This document shows positions 22,491-32,777 of a DNA stretch of 33,531 nucleotides, one piece after another. The DNA comes from Bigelowiella natans CCMP2755 (Eukaryota > Protista > Cercozoa). The stretch spans positions 1 to 33,531 of the forward strand of contig ADNK01001020.1 of assembly GCA_000320545.1 (NCBI GenBank), read 5' to 3'. The notes under the pieces are model-generated. The model had not been told where the DNA came from, did no database searches, and worked only from the letters and a program-made list of their open reading frames with translations. A program made the position numbers and the translations under genes. Every line of letters starts with the position of its first letter. Within the stretch, counting starts at the first letter, position 1.

Positions 22491-23187
22491 TAAATATAAA
22501 CATACATGTATGTGTACATATTTATACATGTGTGTATGTGTTGTGCACAAACTCACATGAATTTACATTTTTTTTGCTAAAGGATGCTTTGCTTGGCGAT
22601 GTAGTGAAATCAAGTCTTCTTTCCTCTTCAATTTCTTTTGCTTAAAATGTTTTTATTTCATAATCATCAGTTATTCCATCACCTTTATCACTGGGAGAGC
22701 TGCGTGTCTAGTCCTCCGATCTATCTGGAATGCATTTGAGTCCAATACTAGAATAGAGACAAACAACAGGTGGACGAATTATTTAAAAAGAAAAATAATA
22801 AAACTAAATATCAATCATATGCATACTACTACCTGAAGGCCATAGCACCGCTTTACCTTTTTTGGGTTTCACCTACACCCGAAATTGATGATGTCAACAT
22901 CGACGCAGAAATGATGGGGAACCGATCGGCGCCAGCAGAATGATATCGATTAAATCGAGATGATTAGAATAAATGTATGATGATAAGGATGAGGCCATGT
23001 TCCAAAAGCAGCTGCTGCTATCATTGATATACCACTCATGACTTATTCTGTTCTCCCTTACCTCCAATGTAGCTATTATGATTAAAGATAATGGCATGTG
23101 AAGCCGTATCACCTTAACTCCATTTTTGGTGATGTGTGGAAAATAGGTTTCGCCTCCTATCACCAACGACCGATAAGAAAACACACG

Positions 23188-23229
<42 letters not shown>

Positions 23230-23925
23230 ATAGGGAACTGTATTAGCATGTGAAGGGGCGATCATTAAAAGGTAGGTTACTACAATGCAAGTGAATTTGG
23301 TACTACGTACGTCACAGGTAAAATCGGTCGATCGAGCATTTAATGACAATATATATTATTCACTGAACAAAAGAGAGAGAGAAAGATGATAAGAGAGAGG
23401 GGAGGGAATGGGGGAGAGAAGACCGAGAACACGAATTTTAAATGGTAGTAGTAGTAGTAGTAGTAGTAGTAGCAGCAGTGGAAGTAGCTGATGCATTCAC
23501 ACCACTAATACTACTACTACTACCTAGTGCTACTACTACTACTACTCAAGCTCAGCTATAACCCTGTTCGACATCAGACAGATACACGAAAAATGTGTAT
23601 AGACGTGGGCCTATAGGAAGCTTTAAGTGCTCTTTAGAATAAAGACCAACAAATACATCAAGAGAAGAAAGAACAAATATGTGACAGTCAACTCTCATGA
23701 TAGCACAAATATGAATTAATCTTAGCAGCATGTATGTATGTATACACGTATGCAGACATACGTACATACATACATACATACACACATACACACATACAAA
23801 CAGAGAGACAACATTAGATATGGACAATAACTAGTAACAACTAATGGTAGTACGTACCCGGAATGTAGTCGTGATGGGTGACGTATTCTTGTCTTTCGAC
23901 GTATCTAAGTCAGGAGTTGTTCGAG

Positions 23926-23961
<36 letters not shown>

Positions 23962-24416
23962 AATGCCAATATTATTATATGTTGCCTGCATCGTCATTAG
24001 TAATAATGCCAATATTATTACATGTTACCTGCATCGTCATTAGAGGAGGAGGAGAAGGAGGAGGAGGAGGAGGAGGAGGAGGAGGAGGGTTCAATACATC
24101 ACCAGGGTATATACATCATCATCACTTTTTATCTTTAAAATATTTCAGACGCCGAGTGAATCATGACGTCGAGTAATGCGTCTTGTATGTTTCGAATTTT
24201 CTCTCAATCCACCTTCACCTCCCCCTTCTCTTTCCCTCTCCTCCTCCTCCTCCTCCTCCTCCTCCTCCTCCTCCTCCGAACTCCTCCTCCCTTTTGACCC
24301 CCTCCTACTACTAATATTTATGTTGTTGTCATAGTCTATCTATGCTCTAGTTTCGTGGTCGTCGTCGTCATCGTCATCATCATCGTGTTCTTCGACTTGT
24401 TCTTTCTCCTCTTCCT

Positions 24417-24448
<32 letters not shown>

Positions 24449-25496
24449 CATGGACAGATAATGACAGAAAGTGCGCTATTATTTGAGTAGTAATTGATCA
24501 TGATTGTTACTACCTAAGGATTTGTGGATACTCTCCATTCTCAACGGGAATACCAGTAATAGCAGAGATACGCTCTGCAACTAACTTCGTTACTTCTCTC
24601 TGCCAACCTGGATCATTTGTGAAGTAGTATTAGTATTAGTAGTAGTAGTAGTAGTAGTAATAGGAGAAGAAGAAGAAGAAGAAAAAGATATTAATGATGA
24701 AGAGGATGATGATGACTATATGAATGATTCTGTTAGTGCTAGTAGTGTAGTATCTATCTTCGGGCATAAGGTCCATGCAGGAAGATGATGATGATGCAAG
24801 AACATTGTAAATATATTTGAAATCAGATCATTTCTCTCTCTCCCTCCCTCTCTCTCTCTTCGAATACATTGTTGTTGTTGTTGTTGTTATTGTTATTTAA
24901 CATAATACGAAGCAACATACATTTGTCGGTGCACCACATTGAAGAGCTTGTGCGAGCATTGCTCTTTATTGCTTTGGGAAAGTAGTAGTGTAGCAGTAGT
25001 AGTAGTAGTAGTAGTAGTAGTCATGAGACATCATCATTCTTCATTATGAGCACTACTACCACTTCTTTTAGTAGTACCTGTATTAATGAGTAGTGTGGGT
25101 GATGATGATAGATCAATGAATTATCATCGTCGTCGTCGTCGTCGTCTTCGTCATTATTCAATAACATATAGCGATGGTGTAGTAGCAACAGTAGCAGTAC
25201 TATTAGGTAGGAGGTGTCCAGATGTTTTCCGATCGATTTCATCTTCATCATCGCATATTAATACACCAATTCAAACATCACTTTACCTTCAAAATTTCCT
25301 GTCTCATCCAATTTCCCGGTATCAACGCTTCGCTCCCAACTTTTGTGTTGTTTAGGAGAAGAAGAAGAAGACGAAGAAGATAAAAAAGAAGAGTAAGAAG
25401 AAGAAGAAATGATGATTCTTCACTTATGTCCAACTCATCAGCATGCTCAGGTATTGTTCTTGTGATAAAGAAATACTGGAATAGAATATTTTCTGT

Positions 25497-25533
<37 letters not shown>

Positions 25534-25956
25534 TTGGCGAAGACGGCTATATCGTACATTATTGACTAAGACACATACAATTTTTGCTTCATATCACGTC
25601 AATATGCTCTGGGTGCTGCTGCTTCTTACGTACGATGATGTATGTATGTTCACTACTACTTGCTTTGCAACGTCGAAAGGAAAAGATCCACTTCCGTCTA
25701 ATGTAACAAGCCATTAATGATGCATATATACAACACACATACATAAATACAAACATACATACATATATACAACCGATGAGTCAGCACAGATCTTATGATG
25801 ATGATGATGATGATGCACGTTAGTTGGTTATTATTACTTACAGAAGTCATGAAGTTTTCAAAGCTAATGAGCCATGGGTCCTTGTTGATCACTTTCGGAC
25901 GTAGATGCTGCCATTCAATACTTTCTGTGGCCTGGTGGAGGGAAAAGAATAAAAAA

Positions 25957-25996
<40 letters not shown>

Positions 25997-26545
25997 AAAG
26001 AGAGAGGGGGGGGGGGAAGAAGCAATGGTAGTGGTGGTAGTAGATGGTCAAGTCATGACAACAACAATGTATATTGCTGGTATGTATTGATGTAATCAAC
26101 AAAATATGATATAATAACTAACAAACACAGGTTTGTAGAATATGAGATTGAAATGATTTACCAAAACCAACATAATCATTTCATTTCGAATGGCTTCTTC
26201 TTCTACAAGTTACCCTCGTAAACATCGCATTTATTTCCCCTGCTTCTAGAATAGCTGCATGGTGGAGCGTCTGTTGTGATAGATCATTCTAACATGAACA
26301 CTCCTACCTATTTGTATTCTATGCACATAACCCTTCCTTCACACGACACACCGTCAATAATAATATGTGATAATACTGTGGACAAAGTGCTTTTTTCTAC
26401 TTTTTCCACATTTGGAGTTCATCTTCCACCACCGCTATCACTAACGATTATGAATCAACACCTCGTTACGCTCGCATCTAAACTTTCGACTTCGAAGGAA
26501 GCAACTCCTACACGACTGCGTGATCGTAATTGTATTAGATCACTG

Positions 26546-26580
<35 letters not shown>

Positions 26581-27339
26581 TGTTATGTATGTGTATGGCA
26601 CGACGACGACGTATGGCCTAGGAAATCAAATCAATAACAATTCAAACAGATGGCAGTAGAACATCAAAACCTACCTTTCCACAGTGGATTAGCATATATC
26701 TTGGATTTGCCTCACATTCACCCTCTCCCTAAGGATGCGCACACATTCGCTTGATTTTGATAATTGCTGTATTATTCTATCTGTTTCATCATCACTGCGC
26801 AGCATATACCACCTTACGATAATACAGAGTCATCATCATACCTTAGCAGCATTATGTGTTTTCATAGCAGAAGGATAAAATTACTGCACTCACCGCCCAC
26901 TGCGAGCACTGTTCGTGTTTATCGTCGCAATCGGTCCTAGGGTCTGACAATTTGAATTGGCATAATATTTGTATCATATTTCGCTTGCATCGAGCTGCTG
27001 CTGCGAGGGATCTATGATTTTTATAAAAAACAAAGACCAGGCCACACGCAACTTTCCCGATCTCCAAATCCGGCAATATTTTCTCCTGCTCTTTCGTCCT
27101 GGGAGTGGTGGCATAGTTTTGGAAGATCGAAGCTTCGCCACATTTCAACAAGAAGTGGGCTGCAGGATACACAAAAAGGAAAATGAAGAAGAAGAAGATG
27201 ATGATGATGAGAAAAGGTGGTGTTGATGTACAGGCTTGCATGGTCAAAGATGAACAAAATCCTACCCTTCTTGTGAGCCAACGTAGAAAGTATTCCCTCC
27301 CCTCGCAAGAAGGAGGAGTAGGATAGGGAGGATCTGCAT
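22288..27339 (-). CDS. P4H: Prolyl 4-hydroxylase alpha-like 2OG-Fe(II) oxygenase with signal peptide and N-terminal ShKT domain, multi-exon
   Basis: ATG at 27339 begins MQILPILLLLLARGG (signal-peptide-like). ShKT: CDDKHEQCSQWA|GEGECEANPRYMLIHCGK|SCRSC. Catalytic domain: DPWLISFENF, RTSSSMWC, ERISAITGIPVENGEYPQILR|Y, YVTHHDY (HxD, ~23860-23905), GPRLYTFFVYLSDVEQG|GETYFP, VKPKKGKAVLWPS, RTRHAALPVIK (distal His). The last exon 22288-22365 reads GEKIAMNIWLHMYNFHHYFEISCTG-stop and carries the 2OG-binding Lys. Confidence 0.92.
23960..24043. repeat. Direct duplication, 2 x 41 bp (period 43), in a P4H intron
   Basis: ataatgccaatattattaYatgttRcctgcatcgtcattag at 23960-24000 and 24003-24043, with two mismatches. 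Confidence 0.9.
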
Positions 27340-27455
27340 CGTCAATTCTTGAACAACGTTCCTCTCTCTATCGTGACGAGCCGATGATCATCTCTGTGAT
27401 GAGACATCGAATCAGATGGTGATACTGTCTCTATGAGATCTCGAGAGATGGTCAT

Positions 27456-27496
<41 letters not shown>

Positions 27497-27828
27497 CGAG
27501 ATCTCGAAGAACATGAAAACCGTCAGTGCCATCAATCAATCACCCGGTAGTAGCGGATGACAGAGCATGAATTGTTGACGCAGTTAGTAAATGGCATGGT
27601 TTTTGGAAAGAAATAGGAAAAAGTGTGCGTTATTGTCGATTGTGAGAGGAAGGGAGACGCCCCACCGCAACCTGGTTCGTGCGCGCGCCGCCCTTCTGAA
27701 TTATTATTAGTACCACTACGGTCTTAGCTTACTTTCTCTCTGTCTTAGACTCTGTAGATCTGCCATTTAATTAATATTTTATTCCTGCTGCATAAATAGT
27801 AAGTAGTATTATTCACCAGTCAAGGATC
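27340..27828. promoter_or_regulatory. Putative bidirectional promoter / 5'UTR region between divergent P4H and SPT5
   Basis: About 490 bp between head-to-head start codons. It contains a (CT)n tract and a GC-rich element gtgcgcgcgccgccc at ~27679-27693. Inferred from gene geometry only. Confidence 0.45.
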
Positions 27829-30800
27829 ATGTCGGACAATTCTGATCGCGAAGATGATGAGTATGGCGAGGAAGAGGAGGACCATGAAGGACAGAACATG
27901 GATGAGGATGATCAAGATGACGACGATGATGATGGTCACAGGCGTGAAAATACGAGCAACCCACGTCCCAGTAAACGACCCCGAATCCAAGATTTTGTGG
28001 ATGATGAGGCTGAGGTGTCAGGGAGTGAGGGGGAACATCGTGAGGATGAAGATGATCAAGACGACCGCGATGATTATGATTATGGGGATGGGTTCGTCGC
28101 AGATGATGACGGCGAAGTAGTGGATGACATTGGACCCCAATTTGACGAAAAAAGATATAAAGAGGACGAGGAAAATGTTAAGCGTCTTCAAGAAAAGCAT
28201 GCTAAAATCCGTATGAAAGAGTCTAGAGCTGCGGAAGATAAACGCTTGCCCGCCGTCAACGATCCAAAGCTTTTTATGGTTCCCGTGAAAATTGGTAAGG
28301 AGAGAGAAATTTTAATCAAGCTTCTCAAAACTTTCCAAGTGAGGCAACGAATGAGCTCACACAAACGACTTCGTATATTGAGTGCATTCACAACTCCAGC
28401 TACCAAGGGATTCATTCATGTTGAGGCATGGAAAGCTGACCATGTTGTCCACGCATTTGAAAAATTTGCGGGAAACATGGTTTATGCATGGAAGACAGCC
28501 CTGGTGCCGATCGAAAATATGGTTCCTTCCATCTCCATCACAGAGAAAGTTAAACATTTACGTCGCCTACAGTGGGTTCGGCTTAAACAAGGAATCTACA
28601 AGGGCGATCTGGCACAGGTCGAAGTTCCGGATGAACAAGGTTATGTGGTTGTTAAGTTGATACCACGGATCGATTACACAGCCATTGGTTCGGGTCAGAG
28701 GCGTCGTCGCGCTGGTGTCAGGCCAATGCCACAACTGTTCAATCGTACTGAGATTCAAGAAATAGATCCTGATAACATTGCTCCAAGTAGTAGTTCGCAT
28801 TGGGTATGGAGGGGCAAAAAATTTGACGACGACGGATTTATGATTAAAAATGTTCGCACGACAGCACTGCAGGTGGGAAGCTATTAACCCAACTCTTGAG
28901 GAGGTGCAACGGTTTACGTCTAAAACGTCCAGGGATGAATTTGAAAACGACGGAACTGCTGGAGCAAATCAAGTTTCTGGCTTTGCATTCAACTCGAAAA
29001 AAGTTGAATTTCGCAAAGGTGATAGGGTGAAGGTAGTTGAAGGCGAATTATCTAATCTCACGGGGCGTGTTACTACAGTAACTGGTGATACAATATTCGT
29101 ACTTCCTGAGAGAGCGGACCTTGGGCTCACGGAAACTCTCGACTTTACTGCAAATGAGCTCATCAAATTCTTTCGAAATGGAGACCATGTTATGATCACA
29201 GCTGGTGTTCGCAAAGACGAAACTGGGCATGTAGTCGACGTGAACGAGGAGGAGAAAACTGTCACCATAATTCATGATACTAGCCGAAATACCACCAAGG
29301 TTTTCTCTTCAGACGTTACGATGTGCAACAGGATCTCTGCTGGTAAAGAAACTCTTGGAAACTACAGACTCTATGATCTCGTCATGCTCGGACAAGGAAA
29401 CTACGTCGTGATTGTGAAAGTAGAGAACACAAGCTTCAGGGTACTTGACGTCAATGGTAACATCCAGACTGCAAGATTGCAAGACGTTGGAAGGAAGCGG
29501 AGAAACATTTATGCCACAGCTTACGATAATCGCCAGAACCAAATAACTCAAGGGGATGTCGTGAGCGTGATAAGTGGAGAGCACAAGGGATTAAAAGGGG
29601 AGATCAAGCATGTGCAGAAGTCTTACATTTACCTCTACAACCGTCAAATCAACAAGAACTCAGGTATTTTCGTGGTACCTGCGAAGCAAACAGTGCTTTC
29701 AGGCTATGGAGGAGTAACCGGTGCAGCTGGAGGAGGAGGTGGTGGCGGTGCTTTCGGTGATGGTGGGGCCTTTGGTGGTGGAGGGGGGGTGATGATGCAG
29801 CAACCACGAAGGATAAACAGGACGATGTTATGAGAGGTCGGCGGAGAAGAGAAACGACGACCACAATATGCACCGAGCCTGAGTCCGTATCTGAGAGGCA
29901 AGTTTAAAAACCATACTGGTACTGTCAGAGATGTTCAAGAGAGGTCGTACCTCATTCAGCTCGAGGCCATTCCGAAAACAGTTGCGGTAAGCACCAATTT
30001 GTCCAACGTCAAGATGTGACTCAGGCAGGCAGCGATGCAGATGCTTTCGGAGCAAGAGGTGGAGGAGGTTTTGGAGGTGGTTACGACGACATGCGAGGCG
30101 GACAAACGCCGATGATCGGTTCTCAAACTCCTTCTGGTTTAGACGAAGGAGGTCGCACTCCTGCATACGCCGGCAGCATGACTCCAGCATACGATGGTGG
30201 GGGAGGGGCTACTCCAGGCGGATCCTTTGTTCCTGCTACCCCCTTCAATCCGAACGCTGGCACTCCTTTTCACGACGATGAAGAGGAGGGAGGAGGAGTA
30301 TTGGGAGGTACTGGTGGTGGCGGCAGTGGGCATGGCGGCTCAGCAACAGGAGGAGGTGAAATGTGGTCTGCTGCCCACACCCCTGTGGGTGGTGGCATAG
30401 AAACGCCTCATACTCCTTTGACTTCTAATCCCATGACATCAGCTGCTACTCCACACACACCGCAAACAGCTTACACCAACCCCCATAGTCCATATCCTGG
30501 AGGTGGGATGGAAGCAGATGACTCTGGAGGACCTGGGGGACCTGGAGCTAGTGTATCGGTGAATACTCCTAGAGCTGTACCGACAACACCTGCTACTCCG
30601 AGCACACCTCATGGCGTAAGTACTCCATATGGAGTAGGAAATCAGCAGGGTGATGATGAGAATGATGATGGTGATGAGCATACTGAGGCTCTAACAAGAG
30701 ATGAAGACAGGAAGGTTCTCCTAGTTCTACTGCAGGGTACTGCTGTGAATCTTAACAACCAACAATGGGTTGTCGTACGAGACAATAGCAGAGATGGTGG

Positions 30801-31038
30801 CAAGGTTACTGTGCGAAGTGTTGGAGAAGATGGCAAAGATGATAAAGAGGTTGCGAGGGATGCCATTGTGGTAACGCCTGCTCAAAAAGATGATAGGGCC
30901 ATCATACTCCGTGGGGATCATAGAGGTGCGATTGGAAAACTGATGAGCGTGCAAGATAAGGACCGCATTATTATGACTGAAAACGAAGGCATGCAGATCG
31001 TGAGGGGAGATCATGTGGGAAAATACATTCCGCTGTGA
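27829..31038 (+). CDS. SPT5: Transcription elongation factor SPT5, essentially intronless but broken into three or more reading segments in this sequence
   Basis: Acidic N-terminus with FVDDEAEV. NGN domain LPAVNDPKLF..KIGKERE..KGFIHVEA. KOW1 WVRLKQGIYKGDLAQV..VKLIPRID. NPTLEE, KOW2 FRKGDRVKVVEGEL, KOW3 FRNGDHVMITAG, KOW4 GDVVSVISGEHKG. KOW5 LRGKFKNHTGTVRD..IQLEA at 29891-29980. CTR repeats GGQTP/GSQTP/GGRTP/GSMTP and C-terminal KOW ILRGDHRGAIGKL. Frame breaks occur at ~28875, 29800-29890 and ~29990-30020. Confidence 0.95.
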
Positions 31039-32054
31039 ATTATGGCCACGTAATTTTAGATCAATTCGAAGTTAAATCATTGTAGGGAGTTATATAGGTC
31101 ACTAATCAGGACACGTTATGGTGATGTAGCAAGCATTAGGTGTTCGTTAGTCATCCACCAACACATCTAGACTAGTAGACAGGCATCTGAAGAACCCCAC
31201 AACTATGTGGGGATCTGATGCAATTTCTTTCCTCTCAACAACGCGGCACATATACATGGTCATTGCTTGCGTACGTACTTGCTTGGTACATGCTAGCATG
31301 GATCTATGCATGGGTAGCCGCCACCTCTAGACCTGAACATTTGCATCTGTGCTGTGGATTGTAGTCCATGATGTGCATGCAAACAAACGATTGATTCACA
31401 TGATCGTTCAACATGTCAGTCCCAATCATGGGATTCATAGATTTGCGCGCACAAATGCATCGCGTGGCGGTTCTGTGTCCGTTCGCAGGCCAGAATCATG
31501 TAGGATCGGCCCCCATTGCGAATCTGGAAGTGCGCACTGCTAAACTCTAGGAATACTAGCTAGCTAGCTCAATCTAGCAATGTTGCATGTGTGCATTGTG
31601 CAAGCTAGCAAGCCCGTGCGCTTGTGCTTGCTGTGACAATTTTGATCGTGTTGGACGTTTCTCATGTGGATTTGCTCTCGTCATCAAAGCAAACACCTTC
31701 ATTCAATTGCTTCAAAATTTCGACAACCGCCTTCGCTAGTTCGGCTGTGGTTTCGATTGTCCCACGCTCGCAGCAAGTCCATGTGTTTGCCGAAGTCTGG
31801 AAGTCTAGAAGTGCTAGAGTGCGAGAGTGCCCATGCACATGTGTGCACATGTGCAGCATGCTGGCGTGCCACCGAACTGCTGCAATTGAATGCACAGTCG
31901 TTTGGCCAACGATCGCGTGAAGCGAGGGCTCACTTGATTGAACTTCCTGGATTTCATGCCAGCACGGCACCACTTGAGTCCATCGGAATGCCAGAATGCC
32001 TCGGAATGCTGGGTGTGGGTCTGGCAATGAAGGCAACAATGACAACAAACTGCA

Positions 32055-32440
32055 TTTCCAAAGTGTCACAAGTCACTTGCAGTGCACGAAACGCAGTGCC
32101 TCGAACCAGCTTTGGCAGAACAATGAACAATGAAAAACACAACGATGAAAAACCACGTTTGTTTCCAAAGTGTGACAAGACACTTGCAATGTGCGAAATG
32201 CAGTGCCTCAAACTGGCTTCAGTGAGGACTGACTAGCAAACTAGCGGGGTTCATGCAAGTTGGCACGAACTGAACATTGCATGCATCACGTGCAACTAGC
32301 AGCCAAACGACGACGACGCAAGAACTGCTCTGTGTGATGCTGGAAGTGTCCCACAATGAGAACAATGAGAACAATGATGAAAAACCATGTTTCCAAAGTG
32401 TGACAAGACACTTGCAGTGTGCGAAATGCAGTGCCTCGAC
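32055..32440. repeat. Three dispersed copies of a ~50-55 bp repeat within island 3
   Basis: tttccaaagtgtSacaagWcacttgcaRtgYRcgaaaYgcagtgcctc starts at 32055, 32162 and 32390. Copies 2 and 3 also share an upstream gatgaaaaacca. Confidence 0.9.
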
Positions 32441-32501
32441 CTCGAACTGACTTTGGTGGGCTCCCACCGAAAGTGCACTTTTCTTCGAAGCTCTCCCCTC
32501 G

Positions 32502-32588
32502 GGAATTCAAAACATCAAGAACTCGGGAGACTCTCTCATTCTCCAGGAATGCAAAACATGAAAAACTCGGGAGACTCTCTCATTCTCC
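32502..32588. repeat. Tandem duplication, 2 x 43 bp (period 44)
   Basis: ggaatKcaaaacatSaaRaactcgggagactctctcattctcc at 32502-32544 and 32546-32588. Confidence 0.9.
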
Positions 32589-32741
32589 CTCTCATCTCAG
32601 GCACAGTGGCTCTTCCGGAACTTACCCCCACCCCTTGTGGATTCGACAGGTTCTTTTCACTTCACTTTGGCGTTGGAAATCGATGAGCATGTACTTTTGA
32701 TACCTTTTCGTGAGCGCACGTTGATCTAATCTCTACGTTAA

Positions 32742-32777
<36 letters not shown>

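Larger units (their letters stand above)
31556..32622. other. TpA-depleted intergenic island 3 (probable hypermutated repeat or transposon relic)
   Basis: Manual count: 11 TA in 1067 bp, all 11 in CTAG (starting at 31556, 31560, 31564, 31574, 31605, 31736, 31805, 31814, 32233, 32241, 32296). The overlapping 190-aa ORF 31664-32236 has no Tyr. Confidence 0.92.

Noticed and set aside
29831-29833. TGA readthrough, selenocysteine or an alternative genetic code in SPT5
   Set aside because: TGA appears to terminate P4H and SPT5 normally, and SPT5-like residues around this site lie in other frames, which points to indels.
31624-32700. Dense overlapping ORFs on both strands (also at 11754-12446 and 21076-21972) as novel genes
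   Set aside because: Loss of TpA removes most TAA/TAG stops and Tyr codons, which automatically creates long Tyr-poor, Cys/His/Met-rich spurious ORFs. No intact domain is recognisable.
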